Part shown: in pieces, positions 1-13,352 of the stretch
Position numbering within the stretch: the stretch's first letter is position 1
How the letters are laid out: each line of letters opens with the position of its first letter
NCBI GenBank assembly: GCA_008632985.1
Contig: QPGO01000095.1
Span: 59,681 to 123,680, forward strand
Source: Psammoneis japonica
Lineage: Eukaryota
Length of the DNA: 64,000 nt
Direction: 5' to 3'
Program-made: the position numbers and the translations under genes
Notes under the pieces: model-generated
Databases searched by the model: none
Seen by the model: the letters and a program-made list of their open reading frames with translations, nothing else
What the model was told of the DNA's origin: nothing

Positions 1-2719
1 CCTTCGTAGTTCAGGTGTCAATGCCCCCATTAGGTGCCGAAGCATCATGTCGGATGTCAAAACACTGCCATCTTCTTTTCTTGCTTCTGGGAGGCCTCCA
101 TCGCATGACATGAGATCATTGTGAAGCTCGCGCACTGACACCTGCAACAACAGTTTTCCCTTGCACTCCTTTTCGCCTGTTTCCGGATTCTTGATCAACA
201 AGGTGTCGTTGGCCATCGGTGAGTCAACCACATGTGGGTGATCCCGCATCCATTGTGCCAGCTTCTCCCTCACTTCATCTGACACCTTCTGGCATTTCTT
301 TCTTTTCTGACCAACACTCCACTTCACCCCTTTCTCGCCAGCAATGATTGCCTTTCGTTTGGCTTCCGCCTCTTTCATTCTCCGTCGCTTGTAGAATCAC
401 TCATGGCGCCGCCAAAGGCTGTCATTGTTGCATTCTTCTGAGGTGGTGGTTTGTCTGGAGAGTCTGCAGACGCCGTGCACATGACTCCGATAAAGTTGCT
501 CCTGTCATCGTCGGGGCGTCCCTTTGTGTTTTTAGCATTGGCCGCTTCAATTGGCAGGCGACGCTGCTGGGATGCAACATGATTTGCAGCAACCGTTTCT
601 TTTGTTGGAAAGAACCCTGCCGCTTTTGAGTGTGGCAGCATGCTTTGCAGTTGTTGAAATCTCGAGTCGTTAAAGCACGTTGCTCCTCTGTCTTCAACTT
701 CTTCACAGTGTCAACCAATCTCTTTAGGACACGTTGTCTGGCCTTTTCGGCCGCTTGCTTGCTTCTGGGACGACCACCCAGCCCTGCTGGAAATGCATCT
801 TCATTGATTTTGATTGTCGGGGCACCATCCAACAATTCGCGTTTGCTGCGAGACACAGCATTTGCACTCGAGCTGCGTCCTCTGCCCGAAATGATGCCTT
901 CCGATTCTACACTGCTGCCAGCAGCGACACTGTCTCCAACGACGCTCTCTCTAACATTGCTGCTTGTTGCATCTGCCGTCACTCCAACATCTCCTCTACT
1001 TGCATTGTCAGCTGCAACAGTGGCACCATTGCTGCGTCCTCTGCCCCTGATGACACCATCAGATTCTGTGCTGTTGCCAGCAGCGACACTCTCTCCAACG
1101 AATGTCTCTCCAACGCCTTCACCACATTTCCACTTGTTGCATCTGCCATCACTCCAACATCTCCTCCACTTGCATTGTCAGCTGCAACAGTGGCACCTTT
1201 GCTGCATCCTCTGCCCGAAATGACACCTTCCGATTCTACAACACTGCCAGCAGCGACACCATCTCAAACGACGCTCTCTCTAACGCCTTCTCTAACATTG
1301 CTGCTTGTTGCATCTGCCGTCACTCCAACATCTCCTCTACTTGCATTGTCAGCTGCAACAGTGGTGCCATTGCTGCGTCCTCTGCCTGCAATGACACCAT
1401 CAGATTCCATGCCATTGCCAGCAGCGACACTCTCTCCAACGAATGTCTCTCCAACGCCTTCTACCACATTTCCACTTGTTGCATCTGCCATCACTCCAAC
1501 ATCTCCTCTACTTCCATTGTCAGCTGCAACAGTGGGCAGTTTTGCTGCGTCCTCTGCCCGAAATGACACCTTTCGATTCTACACTGCTGCCAGCAGCGAC
1601 ACTGTCTCCAACGACGCTCTCTCTGACGCCTTCTCTAACATCACTGCTTGTTGCATCTGCCGTCACTCCAACATCTCCTCCACTTGCATTGTCAGCTGCA
1701 ACAGTGGTGCTGTTGCTGCGTCCTCTGCCTGCAATGACACCATCAGATTCTGTGCTGTTGCCAGCAGCGACACTCTCTCCAACGAATGTCTCTCCAATGC
1801 CTTCTACCACATTTCCACTTGTTGCATCTGCCATCACTCCAACATCTCCTCCACTTCCATTGTCAGCTGCAACAGTGGTGGCATTGCTGCGTCCTTTGCA
1901 CAAAATGATGCCTTTCGATTCTACACTGCTGCCAGCAGCGACACTGTCTCCAACAATGCTCTCTCTGATGCCTTCTCTAACATTGCTGCTTGTTGCATCT
2001 GCCGTCACTCCAACATCTCCTCTGCTTGCATTGTCAGCTGCAATGGTGGCACCATTGCTGCGTCCTCTGCCCCTGATGACACCATCAGATTCTGTGCCAT
2101 TGCCAGCAGTGACACTCTCTCCAACGAATGTCTCTCCAACGCCTTCCACTGCAGCTCCACTTGTTGCATCTGCCATCACTCCAACATCTCCTCTGCTTGC
2201 ATTGTCAGCTGCAATGGTGGTGCCATTGCTGCGTCCTCTGCCCGCAATGACACCATCAGATTCTGTGCCATTGCCAGCAGCGACACTCTCTCCAAAACCC
2301 TCTACAACGTTTCCACTTGTTGCATCATTGGCTTCAGCTTCCAAAGTGCAAACATCATCAACCGCCCTCACTCCAACGCATCCTCCATTCGCATCGTCAG
2401 CTCCAGGTTCAAAAGCATCAAAAGCTTTGCCACTCACTGCTGCTCCACTCGAATCGTCCCCTCGATGGCCCACTTCAAAATGGTCCATCACGAAGCCCAC
2501 CACATCCTCAGAAGATGCTCCAACACTGTCAGAAATGAGGCTTTCTTGACCATCGTGATCCAAACTGTCATCTGAGCGAGCTTTTTTAGATGGAGATGCC
2601 CATCCACCTTTCTGGCGAATTTTACGCTTTCCTTTCGTTGGGGCATTGCGTCCAGTCCCAGCCTTGCACTTCCTCCCGATTTTTGTTCGTTTCTTTTTAC
2701 CGCGCATTTTGGCGTTCAC
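1..2719 (-). pseudogene. Disrupted ORF of a putative DNA transposon (runs off the left edge), with internal 57-aa repeats
   Basis: Starts MNAKMRGKKKRTK (basic, NLS-like) at 2719. Frameshifts occur in the repeat array and there is an in-frame TGA near 397. My translation of 1-360 gives KRKAIIAGEKGVKWSVGQKRKKCQKVSDEVREKLAQWMRDHPHVVDSPMANDTLLIKNPETGEKECKGKLLLQVSVRELHNDL, which resembles repeat-associated diatom proteins. A TIR-like motif lies upstream at 3016-3036. Transposase identity is an inference. Confidence 0.4.
870..2330. repeat. Tandem array of ~171-bp units (8-9 copies, alternating A/B variants)
   Basis: Homologous anchor site (ctcctc-NN-ctt) at 997, 1167, 1338, 1509, 1681, 1852, 2023, 2194. 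The minus strand encodes DNASRGDVGV.ADATS...GRGRS repeats. Confidence 0.95.
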
Positions 2720-3103
2720 GAATGATCAAGTTGCTTTTCAACGTCATGTTTGTCCAGCAGCAACTGCAATTCATTTGTGGTGCAATGAAAGGCACTCGGC
2801 ACTCACTGCTTCTTGCTCTTGTTTATCCCTCCCTCACGCCACGTCTCTTCAGCCACTCAGATGAAACCCTCAACGGTTTTAGCTTCCTTCACGCACACAG
2901 GAAATAATCACCCACGAGAATGGATGATGCATCAACAACATTTGATGCTAAATTTTATGATTAAAAACTCCAAACACCAAGCTTGTGTAAATTGTGGAAA
3001 TTGTCGTTTTGCGCGTCACCTGGCGCTGGAACACGTCCCATGAGGCAACACAAATTTCCCCAAAAGCCGCGAACAAAAAACAACAAATTTGGAACAAATG
3101 CAC

Positions 3104-3358
3104 GTTCCAGCTCCAGGTGACTCGCACAGGTTCAATTTCCATCACTAGCTCATTTTTGCATTTGGCACAACAAACTCCTTCAAAATCGGTTTTTTCCCAA
3201 ATCGAAGGGTGAGTGTGCACACAAAACTCATGTTTTTTCACATGCACTCACCTTTCGATTTTAGAAACGATCAAATTTGAAGGAGTTCAATGCGCCAAAC
3301 TGCACAGACAATCGGCCTCCAGCATGATTGATTTCTCATCACCTGGGGCTGGAATGGC
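3104..3358. mobile_element. MITE-like element, copy 1
   Basis: Ends gttccagctccaggtga ... tcacctggggctggaa are inverted repeats; internal gggtgagtgtgcac/tgcactcacc symmetry; homologous to 3591-3838. Confidence 0.7.
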
Positions 3359-3590
3359 CCAAAACAAGGCATCCAGAAACTGAGGCAAGAAATCCAAAAA
3401 CTCTCAAGAACATGGCCAAGACAAAATTTCTGTTGTGGCTCATGCCCGCCAATCCAATGACAACAAATGTGCCAACTCCAATCACCCCCCACCCCACCCC
3501 ATCTCAAGCTCCACAACAAGAGTGTGTGTTTGATGTGCGTGCTTGACAAAATGGCTCTGGCAATGATGAGGGCACAGCATCTTCATTTTG

Positions 3591-3838
3591 GGCCTGTTCC
3601 AGCTCCAGGTGATGCACACAGGTTCGACTCACATCACTGGCCCATTTTTTTTTGCATTTGGTGCAGCAAACTCCTTCCAAATTGGAGGGTGAGTGTGCAC
3701 TTTGCATGCATTTTCTGGTGTGCACTCACCTTTCGACATTCAAAAAGATCAAAATTGAAGGAGTTCACCACGCTAAACTGCACAGAAAATCGGCCTCTCA
3801 CATGATGGATTTCTCATCACCTGGGGCTGGAACAGGCC
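3591..3838. mobile_element. MITE-like element, copy 2
   Basis: TIRs ggcctgttccagctccaggtga (3591-3612) and tcacctggggctggaacaggcc (3817-3838), one mismatch. Confidence 0.75.
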
Positions 3839-4049
3839 GTTGGGGGTGGTGACTGAAGAGACAACAAGCCAGCAAGTCAGCTTGCCATCAATGTTCTTGC
3901 AGAGGCCACAACCTCAAAGACAACAAGGGCTTGCAGAAAAACAACAAAAAGTCAAGGCCATGAACTGGGCCAAAACTGACGAGGAGCAAGAGACACTCCA
4001 GCCCTTTCTCATGTTGGAGGGCTGGGGTCACAGGCAGTTTTTGCAGGAC

Positions 4050-5925
4050 AGACAGAGACAAAGTTGCAGCGGGAGATGCGCTGATGATTGTGGACAATGT
4101 GTCAAATTTGTGCTTGCAACTCAGAGCGAGGAGCTTTGAGGGTCTTGTGCTCACTTTTTGGCTTCTGCACCTGGTTGACTCGGCAGTGGCAGTTGACAGC
4201 ATCAGAAGTGTGTGCGCAAGCTGTGCTGTGAGCTCAGAGCAAGTGAGACTCTGTGCTGCAAAAACCACCTTTGGCCATGGATTAGCCTCATGGACATCTC
4301 AAGCACTGGAGGATGACACATGAAGTCCATGCTGCCCAGAGCACCATGTTGACCATTCTGCCGATTCCCACAGCTCACATCTTCTGACTCTGCCAACAAA
4401 TGACCATCATTGGTGCAATTCTTTCTCACATGCCCAACCTTGTTGCATTTCCAGCATTTGATCTGCTTCTTCTCATTCTGCACAAAAAAGTGCCATCAGG
4501 TTTCTTGTTGGTTCCACAGGCTCCCAACACCTGCAGCTCCTCCTTCTCAGCTGAGTTGGGGCAAATGTCACTCCCCAATCTAAGCTGCCAACATGGGTCT
4601 TTCAAGACATGCCAACATTCCTTGGTGTTTTCCATTGGTGCGCCAATGCTGTCAACTTGTTCCTTTCTTCATTCTGGGCATCATTGTCAGCAGCATTCTT
4701 GCCAAATCCATCTTCTTTCTTGGCGGTTTCTTCCGGGATGATCCTGCTGCCATGGGATGCTTCCACCACTTCAACCACACTCACAAACCAACCACAATGA
4801 TCTTGAAGTGCCTCTCCTTCATCTTGACAAATTGGCACCAACTGCTTCAAAGCCTTGGCTGCCTGGACATGCGGATTTGTCTTCTGATTTGCATCGAACA
4901 AGATTTGCTTCTGAGCACCCAGCAGCAGTGCCACCCCCTCTCCTTCGCAACTCTTGCAAACTCAGCCACCCATTCAATTTTGTGAAAAATGACCTTTGTG
5001 CATTGCCGCACAATCATGCCAGATGCCTTTGCCTTCTGCATCTTGTAGATTGCACTCTGCTCTGCACAGTGGGTGGTCACATTGCTTGCCCCAGATTGCC
5101 TTGTCCTCCTCCAACATGATGTTTCCTGATGGACAGCCTGGCTTTTTTTGGCATGCTCTCCTGCTTAGAGATGCCATCACCTGCATCTCCAGCCCAAAAA
5201 TTCTTCCAACATGCTTGCCAATCTTCCTCACAAATTTCATGCAACCATCCACCCCTGTCATCCCAACTTGGCAATGGTTTCATGCTGCACCCACTCCTTT
5301 GAATCCTTCACGCTTGTGCACTCAGCTGTGTCCTTGCCCCTTGCACGCATTTTCCAGGTCTTGTGCTGGAGTTTCATGGCTGGCCAACAGCCACATGCTC
5401 AGTCTCACTGACCCTGACACAACCTCATCACACCCTCTTTCAACAGACACCCTCAACAGCTTCTTTGGCAGCAAGGCCCTTCAGAGTTTGTTTCTTTACC
5501 CTCATCCAGCTGGCTTGTTTGCCACAATCCACCAACAAGAAAGATGACGTTGATCTGGGCTCCTGCTGACTTCAGATTCTTTTCAACTTCCCAGCCCTCA
5601 CATTTGGACTCCTTTTGACTTCCTGGCCCTTGAATGATGCCACTCCTTTGAGTGTCATGCCTTGACTTTGTGGCTTCTGTGTTGGAGTTTCACAGCTTGG
5701 TGGCTGGTGCACACCCAGTCTCCTCACTGACCCTGAACTCACTGAGTGGCTTGCAAATGCACTCTGAATGCCAACCACTTGCTGCCATCACCATGTCAGT
5801 TGTGTGCAGAAGCGGAAGCAAAAAGTGAGCCCAAAACCTGCAACTCAATCTGAGTTGCAAACACAAATTCACCACATTGTCCACAATCATCAGCACATCT
5901 TGCGCTGCAACTTTGTCTCTCTTCC
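4050..5925. repeat. Diverged ~120-bp inverted repeat pair (4050-4170 and 5803-5925)
   Basis: gagacaaagttgcagcgggagatgcgctgatgattgtggacaatgtgtcaaatttgtgcttgcaactcaga matches the reverse complement of 5849-5925. Confidence 0.8.
4200..5300 (-). mobile_element. Degenerate LTR-retrotransposon gag remnant
   Basis: CCHC zinc knuckle IKCWKCNKVGHVRKNC in ORF 4202-4483. Fragmented frames; TA and CG nearly absent. Confidence 0.6.
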
Positions 5926-5929
5926 CTGT

Positions 5930-8800
5930 GAAAACTGCCTCCGACCCCAATGTTCCAACAGGGGTGTGCTGTGGTGCATGACCCATGACCCCTCCACACA
6001 CAATGATGGGTGCATCTTGACATTGAGATGGTGGACAAGCAAGTTGGCAAACAGGCAGAAAATTGCCTTTGAGTTTTCTCACAGACGCTGACCACACACA
6101 TCCACACATGGCATTTGAGCTGCTGGGTTCACCAGAAACAGCGGCTTGGCAACAAAGGCTTTTGTTGCACTGCTGGCTGGTGGGGCACAATGGGCAAGGT
6201 TTCAGAAAAAGGAGTTTGGCACTCCAGGCAGACACCGCTGTTGGCAAGCCAAGCTCAGTGCAGGAGTTGACAAATGGCTCCAGCAGCAAAAGCAGCAGAA
6301 CCACAGCAGAGGTGCCCCAGAGGTGCAAAGTGGAGAGCAAAGACATTTTGAGTGCAGTCACATGCCCCAATCATGCATGCTGGCATGGCAGAACAAACTT
6401 CTGCACAAGCTCATCAAGTGAGTGGACAAGAACGATGCTGCTTGTGGTTTCTCCACAGCTGCTCACAACCATCTTCACACATGGAAAGATCACCACAACA
6501 TGCTCTCATCACAGTGGGCTGGCTGGTCAGTTCCTCACTTTGCTGGGCACTCATCTCACATGCAGGCCATTGGAAGGGGTCAATGCAAAGGATCAGGCCC
6601 ACCAGCTCAAAGACAAATGATGCAGGTGGGGGGGGTTCTTGTTCCACATGATCAAGTTGGTTTGCAGGTGGGCTGCAGCACTGCTGCTGCTCTTCCACAA
6701 CTCTGTCAGCAAGCAATCACAGACAAATGTTTTGGCAGCTGGGTCTGACAACACCACTTCTGTCTTCTGTCAGGGCATGGAGATTCTTCCATCTCTGACT
6801 TTTCTGCTGCTGCTTTTGAGGACATCTTGATGATCTGCTCTCAAAGTGTTGCGCACAACAAAGCTCATGGGGGCTGCCAATGTTGTTGCCACCTGGGAGC
6901 AACAGTCATGAAATCTCAATGCCAGCACATGCAGCTGTGGGCTGAGAGAACAATGCTTCACAACTGGGCAGCAGCTCTCCCTCCCAGCAAAGTCTGAAAG
7001 AACTCAACACACTGAAGCAGCCACATGCTGCCAAAGAGTCAAGCCCTCCCTCAACTCATCATGTGATTCAAGAACAGGAGGGCCAGGCAAGCAAATCAGA
7101 GCTGTTGGGCTCTGATGATCCAGGCTGGGTTTTCATTTTTACACTGCTGTTCCACAGGGGGGCTGCTCAGCAAACACAATGAACACCTGATGGCAGATCT
7201 CCCTGGCCATGAAACAACCTGTGCCAGAGTCCTCATCGAGCTCTGCACTTGACCTGGGCAGCTGACATGCTGCTTCTCAATCTTGTTTCAAGCAGAAGAG
7301 CTGCAACTCCATTTTTTGGTCACATGTTTTGGATGATGATCTAAAATGTCTCTTCTTTTGGTGGCGCAGCACCAGATCTGGCATCTCCACCTTGCACTGC
7401 AACACAAACAAAAACAGAGAACTGTGAGCAGTGCCACACAAGACAACAGCAGGCAGCACAGTCAAGGCCACATCAAAAACATGCCATGCTGCACCCCAGC
7501 ACAAGAAAACAAGCAAGCACAACCCAGCACACTCTGCATTTTCTCACAATGATGTCACATGGTGTGTGCATCAGTCTCATTTGGATGGGGGTCATTGGCT
7601 GGTGGCAGCTTGGAGCCCATCTTCTTTGAAAAGCAAGCGCTGTCACAAAAATGATGAGAGTGCCATTTTTGCCACTGGCAATTTTTGAACTCTTGTGCCC
7701 ATCTTTGGAAAAGTGCCAGAAGCCATGCCTGGATGGCAGCTGACCACTCAGATGTGCTCCAGCCTTGGGCAGAATGTCTCATGACATTTGGCCCATTGAG
7801 TTCAATGCTCAAGCTCTGCAGCAAAATTGTTGGCTGCTTGGCTTGCTTTCTCTTGGCTGACCATGTGTTCTTGGCATGGTTGTTGCCATGAACAAAACAA
7901 GGCAGCTTTTTTCAAGAACCCCCAATTTCAAGCACACCAGTGCTTGAAAGCACACTCATGCTTGAAGCACACCCGTGCTTGAAGCACATTGTCTCTGGTG
8001 TGCTCAGCTGCATCATTCAGACATCAAAGAAAACAACCAGAGGCTGAGCTTTGTCACTGGAAATGGCCGCCAACATGAAAATCTGTGGAGATCTTTGCAG
8101 AAGAGCACACACAGAAATGTGTGCAACTTTTGCATGATGTGCATTGTCAAAAAATGTGCTGAGCTGGAGCATGTCTGCTCAAGCATGAGAGATGCACACC
8201 TGTGTGCTGCTTCACTCCCTGCTTTGGCGCAAGGCTGCATGTTGTTTTTTGGCATCTTGTTTGTTTCTTCTTGAGACTCCAAATGCCAACAACACTGAAA
8301 ACAGCTTGCGTGCCAGTGGGCCACACAGATCCCTTCTTTTCTGTCTAGAATGAGAGCAGTCCTCCCCACATTGCAGCTGGCAGGTGGTGCAAGAAGCCAG
8401 GGGCAGGGGTGCGTGCACCACCATCACCAGCCAGCAGCGCTGCGCACAGAGACAACGGCAGAAATGCGCACAAAAAACTGCACCACCCAGGTGTTGGCTT
8501 GCAGATTTTCCAAATTGTGAGAGCCTCTGGACAAAAGGTTCTCAAAAGCCAAAAGTTGAAAAAAGATGTCTTGACTGGGTCTTTCTCTGACACTTGAGCA
8601 CTGGCGACTTCACAGCAAGCCAACACAAGAGCATGACTGGAAAAGAGCCAGACAGTTCCCATCGGTTTGCAGTGCTTGTTCTCTCATTGTGTCTGCTTGA
8701 GTGGGGATCAGCCAATTTTCTTGAGTTGATTCAATCCCAAAGAATGGTTCCCTCGAAGGAATGGGCTGGAGGGCGGGCACACAACACACATTCCATTCGC
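5930..8800. mobile_element. Highly degenerate repeat-derived DNA, family not recognised
   Basis: Same TA- and CG-depleted, CA/TG-rich composition as the recognisable Copia relics; no credible ORF; small tgcttgaagcacac triplication at ~7941-7990. Confidence 0.4.
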
Positions 8801-9508
8801 AATGGAAGAGCACACGTGCCTGCTTGGGCACGCACAGTCTTGCAAATAACGCCGTCCGCCCATCTACCGTCTGATCTGATCTTCCCGCCCAGTCGAATAC
8901 TTACGTCCAAAAGTGTACTGATTCCTACGTACAAACACACGCACACGCCGACGTCAGCACAACCACGTGACTTTCTTTTGCGCGCGGCGGCGGCACGCAG
9001 AAGATTTTGCGGGAACAAACAACGCATCGCGATTGTTCTTATTTGTTGCAACAACCACTCCAACATTGTTGTTTCCTTCCTCTGAGGTGCTCTTGTTGTG
9101 CTACTTTTGATACTCCTTTGTTTGTGGTGCATAGTATTCTTGAGAGATACTCTTTATAGATATTGTTGCTTTTCTGGAATCAACAGAGAAGAAGAGAAAA
9201 GAAAACATTCCAACATACCGATCGATCCGCTGCAACAGCCCCTCGTGTTTGGTGGAGATTATCTGCTACTGTTGCTTCGTTTCAAGAGTTACACCTTACT
9301 TCAAAGAGACATTAGTACAGGAAAACGAACATCAAAGGACAAGATACTTGTGCTCTGAAAAAGAGCATACGTTACGTGCAAGAAAGGGCAAAACTCTCAT
9401 TTTTCTGTTATCGGGACTGGGAATTTGCTCAGGCGTTCTTAGGAGCAAAAGGTAGCAGGAGAATTCTCGTACACAAATCATCATTGTGTACCAGATTATT
9501 GATACGAC

Positions 9509-10947
9509 ATGGGTCAGTGTTTAACAACAGACGCTGCCACGAGTGAATCTGCGGGCTACCGTCGCCGTACATGGGGTAGAAAGCACCACAAGAACAAGAA
9601 GCAGGCGCCCGCTTCGCAATTGGATGTTTACGACTTGGTCCAGCAGGGTCGATCCAGCAATAATTGCAGCGGACAGAATCATTTGTTGTACAAGAAAAAG
9701 GGAAACTCGAGTGTAAAAAAGAAATCACAACCACAGCCACAGTCACCTACTACCAAAGATGAGGGATTTCTGCCAACTCGCTTGTTGAAGCGAAAGCACG
9801 CGGAAGACGGATCCAATCATATTTATGCCGTTCGTTGTCACGATGATGTGTTGGCAGAAATGGAAAACACACAACCGCGGGATGCTGTAGTTGATCATCA
9901 GCCAGAGCAGCGTCCCGTCGACCACCAAAGCCCGTTACGCCAGCACCTGCAACTGCCGAGCCTCCAAAGCCTGTTGCTGCCGAGCCCCCAAAGCCTGCTA
10001 CAGCCGAGCCTCTCTCCACGACCACGACAACCACTACGACGGTCTCTCATATTCCGGCTCGAAAGGTCATGGTGGATCCGACCACTAGCACCAAACGAGA
10101 CAATAAGGACAATGCAAAGAATGATGTGTACTCTCCCGAAAACATGGCAAACTACACATCCAAGCCTGGTGAGTATACTTCTTGTATTGATGCTGCTATG
10201 CTTTGTAAGTCGTCGTCTTTTCAAAACTCATCTATCTTTTGCTTTTCTTACTCTAGTCCTCGACTGGGTCTGTGTGTCACCAGAGAATCACGTGTACGTG
10301 TGCGACACGGGCTTGACGTCGGAGCAATGCAATGAGATTGTTCAGGAAACCGAACTCGCCTGCCGGGGCAGCTATGCCGCGTATACCTATGCCAAGCAAA
10401 CCTTGGGCTGTCGTGATCACGATCGCTTGGCACATGTTTGTTTGGATGTGGTGCATGCCGTGTGTACCTCGATTCATGAGAAATTTCCACGAGACGTTCC
10501 ACTCTACTTGGACGATCGGGAGCCGCATCTCGTCAAGTACGATGTGACGAGACGAGAACGACAAAAGCTGGATATGCATACGGACAAGTCGGAATGGACC
10601 TTTTTGATTGCGCTCTCGGACGGTTGTGGTGTCGATTATGACGGAGGCGGTACCTACTTTGAAGCCTTGGATGCCACGGTCCACGTCTCTCGGGGACACG
10701 CGTTGGTGTTTCCCGGAAATTGCGTCATTGTGGCAAGAAAATCCACAAGGGATTGCGTTTCTTGTTGGTGGGATTTCTAGTGGACAAGAGTGCGACCCAG
10801 TCAGCACAAGCAGCAGCGCAAGCAGCAGCCCAAGCGGCTCAGGCAGCCCAGGGAGGACAAGCGACAAGCAGTAAGCAAGGCGATTCTCCGGCGGCAGCAG
10901 TCACCATCACGCCCGTGTCGTCCCAGCCCGTATCTCAGGATAAATAG
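9509..10947 (+). CDS. 2OG-Fe(II) dioxygenase (prolyl/lysyl hydroxylase-like C-terminal domain) with a long low-complexity N-terminus; two apparent frameshifts
   Basis: HxD motif LDMHTDKSEWTFLIALS, then YDGGGTYF and distal LRHCG...GLRFLLVGF. GT-AG intron 10169-10256. Frameshifts near 9890 and 10718 (cccggaaattg lacks one A). MGQC start is a possible myristoylation site. Confidence 0.75.
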
Positions 10948-11165
10948 GAGAGACACAAACAACAACACGCACAGCCAGGCAAGAGCAATTTCGTTTTCAA
11001 TTTGTGGTTGTGCATTTGTAGGAAATATTTATATGTACATATCGTAGAGAAGAGTTTTCATGACTGCTTGTTCACCTCAGCGCGATGGATAGAGCGAAAC
11101 AGTCGCTCTACGATCAAAAACAAAACTGCCAACTGCTCTCTCTAGAGAGCTAGTAGAGAGAGTAA

Positions 11166-12423
11166 TCAAGGGCTATCCGTTATTATCTCGTTAGATCCCT
11201 CCTCGTCGCCGCCGTGGTCGCTCATGATTTCTTCCGATTCAACTTGATGTTTCCCGTTAGAAGAAGAAACCATTTCCAAGGCTGACTCTTGTGGTGAATC
11301 ATCATTCTCGACAGCAGCCGTCTCGTCCACTACAGTAGCTTGTCGTTCCGCTTCTTTTTCTGCTTCTCGCGCCGCCACAACATTTTTCAATTCACGCTTG
11401 GCATAAATGGACGTCACGACAATGGCCAAGACACCAAACACAATCCCCAAGACAATCACCACAATGGTCACAGCCGGACTCGTATTGTTATCGGCACTCC
11501 CCGTGAGACTTCCCGCCGACGACCCGACAAACACATACAAGATGGTACCCGGCAGAATGCAAACGAGTGCCAAGCAATAATTGCGAAAGGAAATGGCCGT
11601 GACACCGGCGATATAATTGACGGCATTAAAGGGAATAATCGGTGACAACGCAAAAGCGACATGATGCGGAGGCCCTTTTCTTCAAATGCTGTGATAATGA
11701 AAAAAGGTGGCAAGAAACGATAAAGGTGAGACAATTAGTTCTCAAAGCGACATGGTTTTCATTCATTCCCGTTCCAACTACTCACCAACATCGAGTGCTT
11801 CCACAATGGCAAACTTTTTTGTGAGTCCCTCCACCCACCCTCGAAGCAAGTACCGTCCCAGCAAAAAGGAAACAATAGCTCCGGCACTGGCCCCGACAAA
11901 GACAGCCAGCGTGGCAATCACAAGACCCGCCCCAAGTCCAAAGGCATTACCAAAAACAAATCCGGCCCCGAGCGTCAAGATGAGTCCGGGAACAAACAAT
12001 ATGTAGCCAAAAAGTAAACGAGTGAAAACAAAAAGGCTCCGGCTGCGGGATTGTCTTCGATCCAACGCAAAAAGCTCTCGATACCTTTCCGAATGTATTG
12101 ATTCGTGGTGGAATCGACAATGACAAAAATGACAAAACCAAGCAATACGAGTGCCACGAGAGCCTTTTTGAAGCGGCTGCGTCGTACTTGTTCTTCTATT
12201 TGTTGCTGCTGCGATGCTTCATTTTCCTGAAAGGAATCGTCTTCAGGTAGTGGCGTTGGATGTTCTTGATGATGTTGCTCGGACAACGTTGCCCTTCAAG
12301 ATCGTGATGATGAGATTCTACATCTTGGAAATTATTCTGACTGATGTTATCCTCTTGATAATCAATTGCATGGTCGTTGTCGGACGATACAACATCGATT
12401 GTTGTTGTTGTGGCTAAACTCAT
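11166..12423 (-). CDS. SNARE-associated/VTT (DedA, TVP38/TMEM64-like) membrane protein; apparent frameshifts
   Basis: LFVPGLILTLGAGFVFG...GAIVSFLLGRY and LR-SPIIPFNAVNY...ILPGTILYVFVG motifs. Intron 11689-11785. One-base shifts near 12286, 12003 and 11648. Confidence 0.85.
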
Positions 12424-13352
12424 TGGTGTATTTTTTGTGTTTGTTTGTTTGATCGCACATACACAGCAGGTTTATGAACAATTTCTTCTCAATCAAACTG
12501 AAAACTTGTAGTCAAGATACGTTTGCTCGTGAATCAATGAGGCCTGTGAAGCATTTGAGTGATAACGTCAGAGCACACAACCGCAAACCGTGTATGAAAA
12601 CAGCAGCAACAACATCATGGTCGATGATGGGTGATGTGGCAGAAGTCATCGTGCTCGGGAATTCAGGCAATAGAACAATAAGTATAATAGGACAAAAGAA
12701 GGGCAATATATGTTAAAAACACCAATGTCCATGTTTCCTGCCTGGGCAATGTTCAATGATGTGCGTGTTAAAAGTCGCTCGCGCGCCGCATGTCTCAGCT
12801 CATTATTCTCTCCGATTGCGGTCCCAAACCATTTGCATTGCCTGCCGAGGACCGAGGACCAGCTATTGTTGTCGCATCCAAGCCATTCAAGACTAGCAAA
12901 AAATGCAATGAACAATCAGCTCCAAGTAGAGAAGTGGCAGTGTTGTTTGAGTGGTGGCTGTTGTCAAGCTGATGATGAGCAAAACGTTTTTCACCTCATA
13001 CGGCCGTACCATAGCCGAGATAGATCCATCAAGAACGAAGAATAAAAGCCGTACCGAGGAGAGCTGAACGAAGACTATGAGCTGATGGGAGTGGGCCGAA
13101 TGACAAAGCGGGTTAGGCGCGGATCCACCGTACCACAAACGCTACGCCAGCGCGCTGCTATCAGGAAGGCAGATTACTAGCTACCGAGGATCGAACTCAC
13201 TCTATCCACTTTCGAGTCAGAAATGATGATTAGCTTATAACAATTGTTTCTTCCATTGGCCGTCACATCGATTCGAAACTACCAGACTCGTCCTACTTCA
13301 TATTAAACAACTCATTTCTTGTTCAGCACCCGTTTTGCTACTAAATAATATC

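Noticed and set aside
734..2575. 613-aa and 368-aa plus-strand ORFs (mucin-like or Cys-rich)
   Set aside because: Antisense read-through of the stop-poor 171-bp array; the minus strand has the plausible start and the downstream domain.
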